From an uncultured Gammaproteobacteria bacterium (GTDB lineage: Bacteria > Patescibacteriota > Patescibacteriia > UBA10025 > JAHIVO01), in contig CAYPXF010000001.1 of assembly GCA_964415025.1 (NCBI GenBank), forward strand, positions 78,629 through 142,628: a DNA stretch of 64,000 nt, given 5' to 3'. A model generated the notes under the pieces. It saw only the letters and a program-made list of their open reading frames with translations, ran no database searches and was not told where the DNA came from. Made by a program: the position numbers and the translations under genes. Positions 48,101-57,300 of the stretch are shown here, piece after piece (position 1 is the stretch's first letter; each line of letters starts with the position of its first letter).

Positions 48101-48300
48101 TGACAGCTAATGACGCTGGACTGGTATCAGACACGGCCACTGTCGAGGTACGCAAACCGGCCGTGCTCGGCGCTGAAACAGAGGAAACTGTATTACCGGT
48201 CACCGGCGGTTCCCTGCTCCACGTGCTCTATGTGCTGGGTGCCGGACTGATCGTCGTGTTTTCCGGATTTATCCTAAGGCTCACCTCGTCCCGAGGTTAA
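45172..48300 (+). CDS. giant LPXTG-anchored surface protein: Cna-B/SdrD-B-like domain, Cys-rich repeat, DUF11 repeats
   Basis: signal peptide; CGNKIKDSDETCDDGAMNGQPGYCNNEC Cys-rich repeat; DUF11 units (ATYTVVVTNDSDVDALNTVMTDTLPIGFVF); C-terminus LPVTGG plus TM plus SSRG. Confidence 0.8.
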   Translation: MNKSMHKHTLRLSKLATPLLVVTVAVFGFALTAHADDAGSGAIWTTTGSCGDPQNVNQYHTGETVFINGAGFSTNHEYDWVIRKPGVNGDILINGQHTTDADGKFCFPAVSLDAGANGVYQVKFGEVKGDNFKVVSIPRYTSGDTCPRGYTPELLDSYDINSTDKNGVNFGVTAGNTYLFHASGWYNASNNIMADAGYSWNQSGPLPDYGINGTGSNYGAHALLGDLGDGVGVVMWGVFNAQNIYDFYYQPTTNNIQFLIGDRYSDWFNTPWDNQKGMKDDNSGLLTLDVYECQPEPMKIVAHKITCEDYADLPEWGVGAADIDKDTAQNWVTSHKSCDFAKDWKFEWGDHNAKNPGDTHYGTAAEAGKKGWHTFGPTDSNGMATTTIDDIQKNFWFREVLQLGYIPFTYGPEGNRNTNSLSAQVYCKSDVLNYDNYDRIDDPHYGETIYCVAFNAEVPDPSVIQGRKYDDVNGNGYHDSNDTETRMDGWTTRLYDENWNSVEDMNSNNSMVTGDTGNPGQFAFDVMPGTYNVCEVMQNEWQQTGPLVGTHPVNFDLQDQNDATAVANQSGMHDEGSTCWQVEIDAQGGESYGWLKFGNYYAECGNKIKDSDETCDDGAMNGQPGYCNNECTGVTATDEKKIQINKTVDPAIATHGDTITYTITATNADDTDTCDNATLTITDDITDVLADAVLVSTDPSVVPDNNVLTWTFDNVSCGDPKTATVTVEVTNEAFDGAVVENIAWVMDQNENQATSKQVETAISVDSPVLELTKTAAEGPFNPGQTVEYTVTVTNNGTADATNVVLTDALPDNMMFQDGTTTKTWTWDIIAVGTSQEAAYTAIIDDEATANTYTNNATVTADSLDPVSASADTEVIVPIVLGDAAPFFNITKTADKDFAAPGETVAYTVVVTNDSDVDALNTVMTDTLPIGFVFKGSTDTVKNWDLGTMAAGQSRTITYDVTIDQAAGEDMYTNTVTVTANDAGLVSDTATVEVRKPAVLGAETEETVLPVTGGSLLHVLYVLGAGLIVVFSGFILRLTSSRG

Positions 48301-48324
48301 TATACGCAGTACAAACTGCACCAA

Positions 48325-48352
48325 ACCGTCCCGCTCCAGCGGGGCGGTTTTT
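48325..48352 (+). terminator. rho-independent terminator
   Basis: accgtcccgc-tcca-gcggggcgg plus T5. Confidence 0.5.
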
Positions 48353-48412
48353 GGTTGATTTTCATCATTAAAAATGATATACTATAGTAAACTGTCATCA
48401 AGGGGGTGACAA

Positions 48413-48655
48413 ATGGCAACTGATCTGATTCTAATTGATCTTTCAAAATGTGAGATCAGTAAACACGCGCTAGAGCGCTTTATGCAGCGCACCGGTAAAA
48501 CCGATGAGGCCAGAGCCTTAATCGAGCTTCGGGCAATGCTCGGCCAATGTAATTATAAACATCCGTGCGGAAATTTTTGCTATACATTTTCATCGTTTGA
48601 TTGGAGTATTGTGGCAAATATTAGAGATAGTATTATCATCACTATTTACCACTAG
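48413..48655 (+). CDS. small hypothetical protein (80 aa) with the same translation-initiation region as the TasA-like gene
   Basis: RBS/ATG context agggggtgacaaATG identical to 37366-37381. Confidence 0.4.
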   Translation: MATDLILIDLSKCEISKHALERFMQRTGKTDEARALIELRAMLGQCNYKHPCGNFCYTFSSFDWSIVANIRDSIIITIYH

Positions 48656-48782
48656 CGCGTATATTAAGCCTTTCTATTATATGAAGGGCTTTCTTTTTGC
48701 GCACTTACCCTTGACAAATTAAGTATGCTATGGTAGATTATATTGTTATAAATATGAATTGTACGATATAATATAAAAAGGT

Positions 48783-50378
48783 ATGACTGCTAAACAAGCA
48801 CAAAAAAATATCAGCCATCATTGTAAACGTGCGGGCGAGCATACAAAACATTTTTTCATACCGCACCACGGCAACAACCACCATCCCCACGCTTTGCGAC
48901 CACCGGCACTACGTTTGTACGCCGTGTCAATTATTGGTATCAAATTGTTTGTTAGTGCTTTTCTCTTTGCCGCGTACCCGTCGACAGGTGAATTCGCGAC
49001 CATTGCCCGGGCTGAAATACTAAACCTAACCAATAGCTCCCGAGCTGCTGCCGGCGTGGCTGCGTTATCTATGAGTACGACCCTGAACCAGGCTGCCCAG
49101 CTCAAGGCCGAGCATATGCTGGCACACGGCTATTTTGCCCATACAGCGCCAGACGGCACCAAGCCATGGTCTTTTCTCAAACAGGCCGGCTACGACTATA
49201 CTGCCGCGGGTGAAAATTTGGCTATGGACTTTACCGAGGCCAGCACAGTGCACGCCGCCTTTATGAACAGCCCGTCGCATAAGAAAAATATCATGAACGC
49301 CAAGTACACTGAAATGGGTGTGGCCGTACTCGAGGGTGAGCTAAACGGTACGCAGACGATTATTTTAGTCGAGTTTTTCGGTACACCGTACCAATCTCCT
49401 GCTACTCCGGTAGCCGAACCCGAGCCAACGCCAGCTCCCGAACCTGAACCAGTCCCTACTCCTGCGCCCGAGCCTGCCCCAACACCAGAACCTACTCCTG
49501 CGCCTGAACCTACTCCTGCGCCTGAACCTACTCCGGCGCCCGAGCCAGAACCCGAGCCAGCACCTACTCCTGCTCCCCGGCCAACAGCGGCTGAAATCGC
49601 GGCTAATCCAATTAACTACCAGGCCGAGCTCTCTGACCAGAGCGCTGAACAGCTGGGTATCAAAACACTGGAGGAATTTGACTACTGGGTAGAGTTTAAA
49701 AACACCGGCACGGCCACTTGGACTAAAAGCGGCGAGTATTATGTCGCCCTGAACGTAACCAACCCGGCTGGCCGACACAGCGAGTTTGAGCATGAAACCT
49801 GGGTCGAATACTATCGTCCGGCCGTATTACTACAGTCTTCAGCTGCCCCGGGAGAGGTTGGCCGGTTCGAATTCACGCTCCAGGCACCAGAAGAGGCCGG
49901 TACGTACGAAGAATCGTTTGGTCTGGTAGCAGAAGACCTGGCCTGGATTGACGGCGGTTCGATCGAATTGCCTATCGTAGTCGTGGCTCCGCCCGAAAAA
50001 AGCACTGAAACCGAAGTAGAGGTGGTTAATACCCCGCTCTCTACCTCGCCTGACCAACCTGACACCCCGTCTGAACCAACACCCACAATAGAACCACTGG
50101 CCACTGAAGAAGCCGAGGGGCCTATCGTGGAATCACAGTCATTTGACAGCGACGAACAAAGTTTTGTGGCGAAAATTATCGAATACTCGCATCAATACTA
50201 CGCAATTATACTGGCTTTTCTGATAATCGCGCTCGGCATCAATATATTTGTTGATGTCCGCGTGCAGCACGCTCATGTTATTGCGCAGACACTGATCGTC
50301 ATCATTATAGCGTCTGCCGCTATTTTCCTGCACCCGCACTTCCTGGAACAGCTGCCAAAAGCCTTTAAAATCATATAA
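48783..50378 (+). CDS. surface protein: CAP/SCP domain, Pro-rich (PAPEPTP) linker, Ig-like beta-sandwich domain, C-terminal TM anchor
   Basis: HGYFAHTAPDG...GENLA...HKKNIMNAKYTEMGVAV; linker PAPEPEPVPTPAPEPAPTPEPTPAPEP...; C-terminal hydrophobic helices. Confidence 0.65.
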   Translation: MTAKQAQKNISHHCKRAGEHTKHFFIPHHGNNHHPHALRPPALRLYAVSIIGIKLFVSAFLFAAYPSTGEFATIARAEILNLTNSSRAAAGVAALSMSTTLNQAAQLKAEHMLAHGYFAHTAPDGTKPWSFLKQAGYDYTAAGENLAMDFTEASTVHAAFMNSPSHKKNIMNAKYTEMGVAVLEGELNGTQTIILVEFFGTPYQSPATPVAEPEPTPAPEPEPVPTPAPEPAPTPEPTPAPEPTPAPEPTPAPEPEPEPAPTPAPRPTAAEIAANPINYQAELSDQSAEQLGIKTLEEFDYWVEFKNTGTATWTKSGEYYVALNVTNPAGRHSEFEHETWVEYYRPAVLLQSSAAPGEVGRFEFTLQAPEEAGTYEESFGLVAEDLAWIDGGSIELPIVVVAPPEKSTETEVEVVNTPLSTSPDQPDTPSEPTPTIEPLATEEAEGPIVESQSFDSDEQSFVAKIIEYSHQYYAIILAFLIIALGINIFVDVRVQHAHVIAQTLIVIIIASAAIFLHPHFLEQLPKAFKII

Positions 50379-50499
50379 AACAAGCATAACAGGGGCTCGA
50401 TCCCTGTTTTTGGCGATACCGGGGCCTGGCTTGACTGGTTTGGCTGTTTTTATTACAATACAATAATTATCTCTTAAACAAGTAACCAAAAGAAACCGT

Positions 50500-51633
50500 A
50501 TGATAAGCAGGATTTACAGGGGGGCTGTTAATTCACGATGGCTGATTATTGCCGCCGTGGGATTTTTTGTTTTATGCTGGGGCATGGTAGCCCAGGCGCA
50601 GACTGATACTAATCATCCGCCGATGATTACCTCTGAACCAGAGATTGAACTCACGACTGATGAGCTGTTCCGCTATGAAATTACGGCGACTGACCGTAAC
50701 GATGACACGCTTGTCTACAGTCTGACGACCGCGCCAGATGAGGCTATTATTGCAAATAATATAGTTTCCTGGCAGCCAACCGAGCCCGGAACGTATAATT
50801 TTGTGATTGAGGTAACCGACGATCAGGCGGGTTTTGATACCCAGGCCTGGCAAGTTACCGTCGCTACCGGCCAAACTGCGTCCATCGTTATTACCCCTAA
50901 TGACCGACCGACACTCGTACCCATCGGCTCGAGCCAGCAGTTTTCCGCTCGGCTATATGATGCGTACAATAACCCAATCACTGATATTAATCCGGTATGG
51001 ACCACTGATCCGATTACCGGCACCATTACTGACAATGGATTGTTCTTTGCCAAAACCGGAGGAATCGGCTATGTAGCAGCTACTGCGGAAAACATAACCA
51101 CTTCTATCGGCGTCATCGTGAAGGATATCCGCTCCGAGCTCGTGACTGAAACGCAGGCCGATGAACCAACAGCGGACGAAGCAGCAGAACAAACAGACGC
51201 GCCAACCGAACAAACAGCGCCAGTGGAGAATACTGCCCCTGAACAAGAACAGGACGAGGGCGATGTGATGGGCGAAGAAACAATTGCTGAAACCGGTACT
51301 GAAGAAGCGGCTACCGAAGAGAACGATGAAGCAGCTGCCTGCACTAACTGGGCGCACTGGGCTATTATTACTATCCTGGCGGTCTACGGTTTGGCATTGA
51401 TCGTGTTCTTCCGCTATGAAAAGAAAAACCGGGCCGGTAGCTGGTGGATATTTCCGACTCTGCTGACAGTAATCGGTCTGATACTGTATTACAAATACTT
51501 CTGCCCCGAGACGTATTTGTGGTGGCCGTGGGTATTAGTCGGCATTGGCGTAGTCGTTACTATCTTTTTCAAAGGCAGGCCAAATAACCCAACGGATGAA
51601 ATTGATGACTCGCAGAATGAGCTGCCACTCTAG
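50500..51633 (+). CDS. surface protein with putative Ig (He_PIG-like) and Big_2-like domains, acidic linker and C-terminal TM helices
   Basis: signal peptide; PMITSEPEIELTTDELFRYEITATDRNDDTLVYSL (He_PIG-like); acidic linker; 3 C-terminal TM helices. Confidence 0.5.
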   Translation: MISRIYRGAVNSRWLIIAAVGFFVLCWGMVAQAQTDTNHPPMITSEPEIELTTDELFRYEITATDRNDDTLVYSLTTAPDEAIIANNIVSWQPTEPGTYNFVIEVTDDQAGFDTQAWQVTVATGQTASIVITPNDRPTLVPIGSSQQFSARLYDAYNNPITDINPVWTTDPITGTITDNGLFFAKTGGIGYVAATAENITTSIGVIVKDIRSELVTETQADEPTADEAAEQTDAPTEQTAPVENTAPEQEQDEGDVMGEETIAETGTEEAATEENDEAAACTNWAHWAIITILAVYGLALIVFFRYEKKNRAGSWWIFPTLLTVIGLILYYKYFCPETYLWWPWVLVGIGVVVTIFFKGRPNNPTDEIDDSQNELPL

Positions 51634-51657
51634 ATTCTGACTACGGCTATCATAATA

Positions 51658-51688
51658 AAGACCCGTTCATCAATAGCGGGTCTTTTTC
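51658..51688. terminator. bidirectional terminator between convergent genes
   Basis: aaagacccg-ttcatcaata-gcgggtcttttt. Confidence 0.5.
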
Positions 51689-51700
51689 TTTCCGCTGCTG

Positions 51701-52513
51701 CTACAGTACGATAAAAGCGATAATAATAATGCCAAGTGCAATCCGGTACCAGCCAAACGCATTCAGCGGTCTATGCTCCAGAAAGCGCAGTAAAAACTTG
51801 ATAGCAAAGTAGCCGACGACCGCGGCAGTTGCCAGGCCTACTGCCATGACGACCCATTCAGCGCCACTAATACCAACTGCCGTGAGGTCGTACATTTTTT
51901 TCATGCCCGCACCGAAAACCACGGGTATGGACAAGAGGAAGGAAAACCGAGCCGCGTGCACCCGTCGTAAGCCAAGTCCCATGCCAGTAATGATGGTGAT
52001 GCCAGAACGGGAAACGCCAGGTAAGAGCGCGGCTGCCTGGGCTAGGCCGATCAATAAGGCTGATTTCCAGGACAGCCTTTCTAATCCATGCGCCTGCCGG
52101 GCCACGCGTTCGATGACGAAAAACAACAAGCCAACACCGATCAGCAGTCCGGCCACCAGCCACAAATTACGGAATACAGTCTCGGCATAGTCCATCACCA
52201 GATAGCCAACGATAAAAGCAGGCACCGAACCAAGCGCAATATACCAGGCCAGCCGCTGCTGCATGTCGTGAGCCAGATTCCAGTTGGCAAAACTACTAAA
52301 CAATGCTACGATATATGCACTTATTTCTCGGCGAAAAAAAACGACCAAGGCAAATAGCGTTCCTAGATGCAGCGCCACGTCAAAACCTAGATTGTTCACA
52401 AAATCAAAATCCAGCATTTCATGAGCGACGACTAGATGACCGGAGCTGGAAATTGGCCAAAATTCTGTCAGTCCCTGGACAATACCGAGTATAATTGAGT
52501 AAATATATTCCAT
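51701..52513 (-). CDS. uppP: undecaprenyl-diphosphatase
   Basis: GLTEFWPISSSGHL N-terminal motif; 8 TM; 270 aa. Confidence 0.85.
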   Translation of the reverse strand: MEYIYSIILGIVQGLTEFWPISSSGHLVVAHEMLDFDFVNNLGFDVALHLGTLFALVVFFRREISAYIVALFSSFANWNLAHDMQQRLAWYIALGSVPAFIVGYLVMDYAETVFRNLWLVAGLLIGVGLLFFVIERVARQAHGLERLSWKSALLIGLAQAAALLPGVSRSGITIITGMGLGLRRVHAARFSFLLSIPVVFGAGMKKMYDLTAVGISGAEWVVMAVGLATAAVVGYFAIKFLLRFLEHRPLNAFGWYRIALGIIIIAFIVL

Positions 52514-52959
52514 ATATGCTGCTCTCGATAGAAATAATTTTAACTGCGGTAATAACGTTTATTGTAGTACAATCAATAAAATTAGCAACTGACGGGATCA
52601 AGGGGAATTATAACATTCGCAGTATCCTGTCCACGTACGGCGGCATGCCCTCAAGCCACGCCGCATTTGTTATTTCCCTGACTACGCTGGTTGGCTATCG
52701 TGAGGGTACTGATTCTACCGCCTTTGGCATTGCCCTTATTTTTTCATTGATTGTTATCGTGGATGCCATTTTTTTGCGCAAATACATTAATCTGCAGGGA
52801 TTGGCGCTGCAGCGACTTATTCAGGTATTACCGCCAGATCAGCAGAAAAGCTTTCCCGCCATCACCACCGGACTACAGCACACCTTTTCACAGGTTGTCG
52901 TCGGCAGTATTATCGGTTTTCTCATCGCCACTGCCGTGCATTGGCTGGTAGTAGCGTAA
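52495..52959 (+). CDS. divergent PAP2 family membrane protein (DUF212)
   Basis: YGGMPSSHAAFVISL matches the GGMPSSHSA signature. Confidence 0.7.
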   Translation: MSKYIPYMLLSIEIILTAVITFIVVQSIKLATDGIKGNYNIRSILSTYGGMPSSHAAFVISLTTLVGYREGTDSTAFGIALIFSLIVIVDAIFLRKYINLQGLALQRLIQVLPPDQQKSFPAITTGLQHTFSQVVVGSIIGFLIATAVHWLVVA

Positions 52960-53826
52960 TCATTGCTGGCAAGTCGGGCAAAACGTCGTGCCGCGGCCGC
53001 CCAGCACTATATAGCCTATCGCCATACTACAGCGCGGACAGGGCTCTCCTTTGCGTCCGTATATTTTGAGGTACGGCACGTACTCCCCCGGCCGCCCATA
53101 GGCATCGACATAATTCTGGGAAGAGGTCCCCTGTTTTTTAACAGCCTGCCGCAGGATCGTACGAAGCGCGGTGAACAACCGCCGCTGTTCTGCGCTCGTC
53201 AGTGTCTGTGCCCGACGTGTCGGCCGGATACCCGCCCGCCAGCACGCTTCAGTAGCATAAATATTTCCAACCCCGGCGATAAACGTCTGATCCATTAGTA
53301 ATTGTTTGATTTTGCTCTGGGGCCTGCGTTCCAGGTTGTCTGAAAACTTTTTTAGTGTAAATAACCGCGCCAGCGGTTCTGGACCGAGCGCCATGGTTCG
53401 CCATAAGTCTGCCAGCTTGGCTTGCTTGAGATAACGGACATAGCCGAATTGCCTGGTATCATTAAAAAATAATGTGCCGCCGCCTGCCAAGCTGAAAATA
53501 ATATGTGAATATTTGTTCGGCAGATCCTGAATATCGTGCTGTATCGGATGTCCGCCTACAGCTATTTTTTTCCGTGAAATATAGACGAGCTGGCCCGTCA
53601 TTTTCAGATGAAATAACAATACAGTACCGTTATCCAGTTCCCAGTACAGTAATTTCGCGCGTCGTTTGACTGATTTGACGCGCGTACCCAAAACCGTCCG
53701 GCGAAACGACGGAACCGTATTGCGTACCATTTTTTTCAGACGTATATCAATACCGGTTATTTTCTTACCCGGCAGTTCACGCGCCAGCTGGCGGCGGATA
53801 GTCTCGACTTCTGGTAATTCAGGCAT
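52960..53826 (-). CDS. mutM: formamidopyrimidine-DNA glycosylase
   Basis: MPELPEVETIRR N-terminus (Pro2/Glu3), C-terminal zinc finger CPRC...CPTCQ. Confidence 0.85.
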   Translation of the reverse strand: MPELPEVETIRRQLARELPGKKITGIDIRLKKMVRNTVPSFRRTVLGTRVKSVKRRAKLLYWELDNGTVLLFHLKMTGQLVYISRKKIAVGGHPIQHDIQDLPNKYSHIIFSLAGGGTLFFNDTRQFGYVRYLKQAKLADLWRTMALGPEPLARLFTLKKFSDNLERRPQSKIKQLLMDQTFIAGVGNIYATEACWRAGIRPTRRAQTLTSAEQRRLFTALRTILRQAVKKQGTSSQNYVDAYGRPGEYVPYLKIYGRKGEPCPRCSMAIGYIVLGGRGTTFCPTCQQ

Positions 53827-53832
53827 GTGGCG

Positions 53833-54285
53833 CTATATATTGAGCCTCTTTTTCAGGATGTTATTGTAAATATCACGCCTGGCCACCACGCCGATAACTT
53901 CATTTGACTGGCCGACGACCATGACCCGGTGGATGCCGCGTACCAGCATAATCGAGCCGACCTGCATCAGCGACGCATCCGGATTTACTGTGACTACTTC
54001 CCTAGTCATAATATCGACGACCGGCTTGTCAGCTGATTCCATGGTCTTTTCCTCCAGCTTGTCCAGATCTATCCATATGCCCGGACTGTCATAAAACTCT
54101 GCGTGAGAAGGATATAGTGACTTGAATATATCTTTTTCTGACACTATTCCAATCATTGTGCCCTCTTGGTCCAATACCGGCGCGCCAGAAACCCCCGCCG
54201 TTGACAGTATTTCGGCCGCATCCCGCAGTGTAGCGGTGTGCGGAACAGTAACCACTGATTTGTTCATGATCTCCGATACGTTCAT
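53833..54285 (-). CDS. CBS-domain pair protein
   Basis: two CBS repeats (VVTVPHTATLRDAAEIL..., VVTVNPDASLMQVGSIM...). Confidence 0.75.
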   Translation of the reverse strand: MNVSEIMNKSVVTVPHTATLRDAAEILSTAGVSGAPVLDQEGTMIGIVSEKDIFKSLYPSHAEFYDSPGIWIDLDKLEEKTMESADKPVVDIMTREVVTVNPDASLMQVGSIMLVRGIHRVMVVGQSNEVIGVVARRDIYNNILKKRLNI

Positions 54286-54342
54286 AGTATTGCTTTATTA
54301 TGTATAGCTTTAGTATAGCGTACTATCGCGGTTTAGTAAAAG

Positions 54343-55572
54343 CTAATCTCGGAATAGCACTGATTCTTTTCGGTAGATGTATGCGGCAAAATATATTGCT
54401 ATCAGAGCATATAGTATAGATGAAATCACCGTGATGCTTATATGAGTCACGTCATACGTGCCGATCAATACCTCCTTAAACAGCAGGATAGCATTGACTA
54501 CGGGCAGCGCGAAAAACCACGCAGCTGGCTGGAAATTCGGCAAAGTATTGACGATGACCGTCGGTAAAATAATAACCAAATATGATGGTCCGATGTAGCT
54601 CTGGGCTTCTTTATAGCTTTTGGCGAAAATCGATATGGAAAGCTGCACTGCGGAAAACATTAACACTAGCAAAACACTAACGCCGAACAGTATCAGAATC
54701 GCCATTGGTTCGATCGAAAAATCGAGTCCGCTGGCTTGCATCGCCTGCGCAGAGGAACTATCACCTGTTTGACCGTAATCGCCAAACCCAAACACGGCGA
54801 TTGCCGCATACAGACTGCCCAGGGCGACCACTACTGAAACCAGCGCCGCGGTCGATACGGCTAAAAACTTGCCAAATACTATATCCAGGCGCCGTACCGG
54901 AGTCAGTAATAACGACTCGAGTGTTTTGCGCTCTTTTTCTCCGGCCGAGGTGTCCATAGCCACGTACTGGCCGCCAACCACCGACCACATGATGATAAAT
55001 AAGGGCAACAGAAATCCCAGGCCAAATCCGCCGACCTCTTCTTTGGTTGCCACATCTTGTCCCTGGATCGTAATGCCGGTGAGAATGCTCTGGTCTATAC
55101 CCGTAGTACTGAATCGCTGGGCAATAATGTTTTTGGTATAGGCAGCGGCTACCTCGTTAATACGCTGGACAGCGGCGGTTGAATCGGTGTTAATAGAATT
55201 ACGCACTACGGTGACAGGTACTGGTTGCTGTTGGTCAACCAGTGTTTGGAAGTTTTCCGGCAACTCCAGCCCGGCATCGAAGGCATCATCTCTCACCAGG
55301 GCGCGTATATCCCCGTCGTAATCAGCCACAACATCAACACGCTCATGTGCGGCCAGCTGATCGATAAAAGCAGGCGCTGCCTCGTCATTGTCCACTGCTA
55401 TTCGCACTATTGTTTCTTCTGCCTGCCTGATTTGGTATTCGGTGAACTTGCCAATGCCGACAATCAGCACCGGCATCAGAAATATGGGCATGATAATCAT
55501 GGCCATGAGCGTGCGGCGGTCGCGGATCGTATCGCGAAGTTCTTTTTTCCAGATGGTAGTTATCTTTTTCAT
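54343..55572 (-). CDS. ABC-2 family transporter permease
   Basis: N-terminal TM, large extracytoplasmic loop, 5 C-terminal TMs; adjacent to the ABC ATPase. Confidence 0.7.
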   Translation of the reverse strand: MKKITTIWKKELRDTIRDRRTLMAMIIMPIFLMPVLIVGIGKFTEYQIRQAEETIVRIAVDNDEAAPAFIDQLAAHERVDVVADYDGDIRALVRDDAFDAGLELPENFQTLVDQQQPVPVTVVRNSINTDSTAAVQRINEVAAAYTKNIIAQRFSTTGIDQSILTGITIQGQDVATKEEVGGFGLGFLLPLFIIMWSVVGGQYVAMDTSAGEKERKTLESLLLTPVRRLDIVFGKFLAVSTAALVSVVVALGSLYAAIAVFGFGDYGQTGDSSSAQAMQASGLDFSIEPMAILILFGVSVLLVLMFSAVQLSISIFAKSYKEAQSYIGPSYLVIILPTVIVNTLPNFQPAAWFFALPVVNAILLFKEVLIGTYDVTHISITVISSILYALIAIYFAAYIYRKESVLFRD

Positions 55573-56231
55573 ATTTCCTGCAAAATATCTCGTAAATCAC
55601 TTATTTCATAATCAGGCCGTATCTGCAATACGTGCTCTTTGTTAAACTGATTGCGCACGTAATAGGTAGTAGCGCCGACCGCCTGGCCGGCCTGAATGTC
55701 GCTTTCCCGGTCGCCGATTTTTATTATTGTTCCGTGGTGATTAGATTTGATATATGATTGCAAAGCCTGCGCCTTGAGCTGCTGTATTTCTGTTTTTTGG
55801 CGCGGTTCACTATGCATGTCAAGGCCGATATAGTCGTCAATGTATTGATCGAGCGCCACAAGTTTCACGAACCACCGTAGGGCATCAGGCGCGGTATTGC
55901 TCATAATGACGTTGGTAGATCCGGCGGATTTAATTTTCGATAGTACTGCCTGGGCGTGGGGCGCGGATTTAATATGCCGCGGCACGATTTCCCGGGCCGG
56001 CCGGCTGACAAACGTTTTCATCTGTAGCCATGCCTGCTGATTGCCGCTCGGGTGGACAAAGCGGAAATAGTCTATCCAGCTCAACCCATACAGCTCCACA
56101 GCCTCCTCCAATGACATGCGCCGTGACTCCCCTACATATTCGGCTGCCATATTCACCAATTCCTGGACGGCCCGGACATTTCCCGTTTCCAGCGTACCGT
56201 GAAAATCCCAGACAAAAAGCATTGGCTTCAT
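55569..56231 (-). CDS. HAD-superfamily hydrolase (motif I variant DxHGTL)
   Basis: VWDFHGTLE, ...MSNT..., K, GDRESD motifs. Confidence 0.6.
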   Translation of the reverse strand: MKPMLFVWDFHGTLETGNVRAVQELVNMAAEYVGESRRMSLEEAVELYGLSWIDYFRFVHPSGNQQAWLQMKTFVSRPAREIVPRHIKSAPHAQAVLSKIKSAGSTNVIMSNTAPDALRWFVKLVALDQYIDDYIGLDMHSEPRQKTEIQQLKAQALQSYIKSNHHGTIIKIGDRESDIQAGQAVGATTYYVRNQFNKEHVLQIRPDYEISDLRDILQEI

Positions 56232-57265
56232 GAGGAATGTTTTTTAAGATATGTTCTGGTCACCATAATCCCCAGCGCGCCGATCAGGACCAGAGCAGTA
56301 CCCATTGTTTGCGCCCATTCGGCAATATCAGATAAAAACAGCGGTACCAGGCCAATAACAATAACAAAATACGCAGCCACACGGAGCTGCTGAACGACGA
56401 CTTTCATATCGCGCTTTTTCTCCGGTGCTGCGGTTCTGTCATCTGATACCCTGGCGGTCTCTGATTTGGCTCGCTGTTCCGGCCTGCCCTGGACTAATCG
56501 CAAAAATGCATTCTCGAGATTGTCAGTTCGTGTTTTTTGCTTAATATCATCGAGTGTATCAATTGCAATTATGCTCCCGCGGTGGATGATAGCGACACGA
56601 TCACACAGACGCTCGGCGTCAGACATTTGGTGCGTCGATAAAATAACAAGCCGTCCCAGGTCGCGCGAACGGCGCATGAACCGCATCACTGTCTGGGCGG
56701 CCAATACGTCAAGTCCTGACGTCGGCTCATCAAAAATAATAATTTTCGGATCATGGATCACCGAGCGTGCGATTGCCAGCTTTTGCTTCATGCCAGTGGA
56801 GTACTTGCCTGCCCGCTTGTCAATAAAATCAGCCATAGCCAATAAATCAATCAGCTCGCTGATGCGCCTATCCAAATCACCCGCCGACATGCTGTACAGA
56901 CGGCCATAGTAGCGCAAATTTTCCCTCCCGGTAAAACGATCGTACACGCCGATATCAGTCGTCAGCACGCCGATACGCTGGCGCACATTTTCTGGGTCCT
57001 GGCGGATATCAAAACCATCTACCAGGGCTGTCCCGTCAGTTGCTTGCAAAGTCGTCGCAATCAATCGAATAGTGGTTGTTTTACCGGCACCATTTGGTCC
57101 GAGCAGGCCAAAAATTTCACCCGAACGGGCGGCAAAGCTCGCCTTATCAACAGCGGTTATGTCTCCGGTTTTGGCCTTGAATTTTTTTGTTAATCCTTTG
57201 ACGACGAGCAGATCCATAGTGTCGTAATTATACCGCCGCGCTATAGAAATATCAATGCAAAACAA
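56228..57265 (-). CDS. ABC transporter ATP-binding protein with C-terminal membrane extension
   Basis: Walker A GPNGAGKTT, signature STGMKQKLAIA, Walker B IIIFDEPTSGLD, H-loop. Confidence 0.85.
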   Translation of the reverse strand: MFCIDISIARRYNYDTMDLLVVKGLTKKFKAKTGDITAVDKASFAARSGEIFGLLGPNGAGKTTTIRLIATTLQATDGTALVDGFDIRQDPENVRQRIGVLTTDIGVYDRFTGRENLRYYGRLYSMSAGDLDRRISELIDLLAMADFIDKRAGKYSTGMKQKLAIARSVIHDPKIIIFDEPTSGLDVLAAQTVMRFMRRSRDLGRLVILSTHQMSDAERLCDRVAIIHRGSIIAIDTLDDIKQKTRTDNLENAFLRLVQGRPEQRAKSETARVSDDRTAAPEKKRDMKVVVQQLRVAAYFVIVIGLVPLFLSDIAEWAQTMGTALVLIGALGIMVTRTYLKKHSS

Positions 57266-57300
57266 GCTCTGTTATAACAGAAAACAGGCCAAATTGTTTA

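Noticed and set aside
49430-49570. Short-period DNA repeat (cctgaacc/actcctgcgcc)
   Set aside because: It encodes the PAPEPTP low-complexity linker of the CAP-domain surface protein and is a coding repeat, not a CRISPR or satellite.
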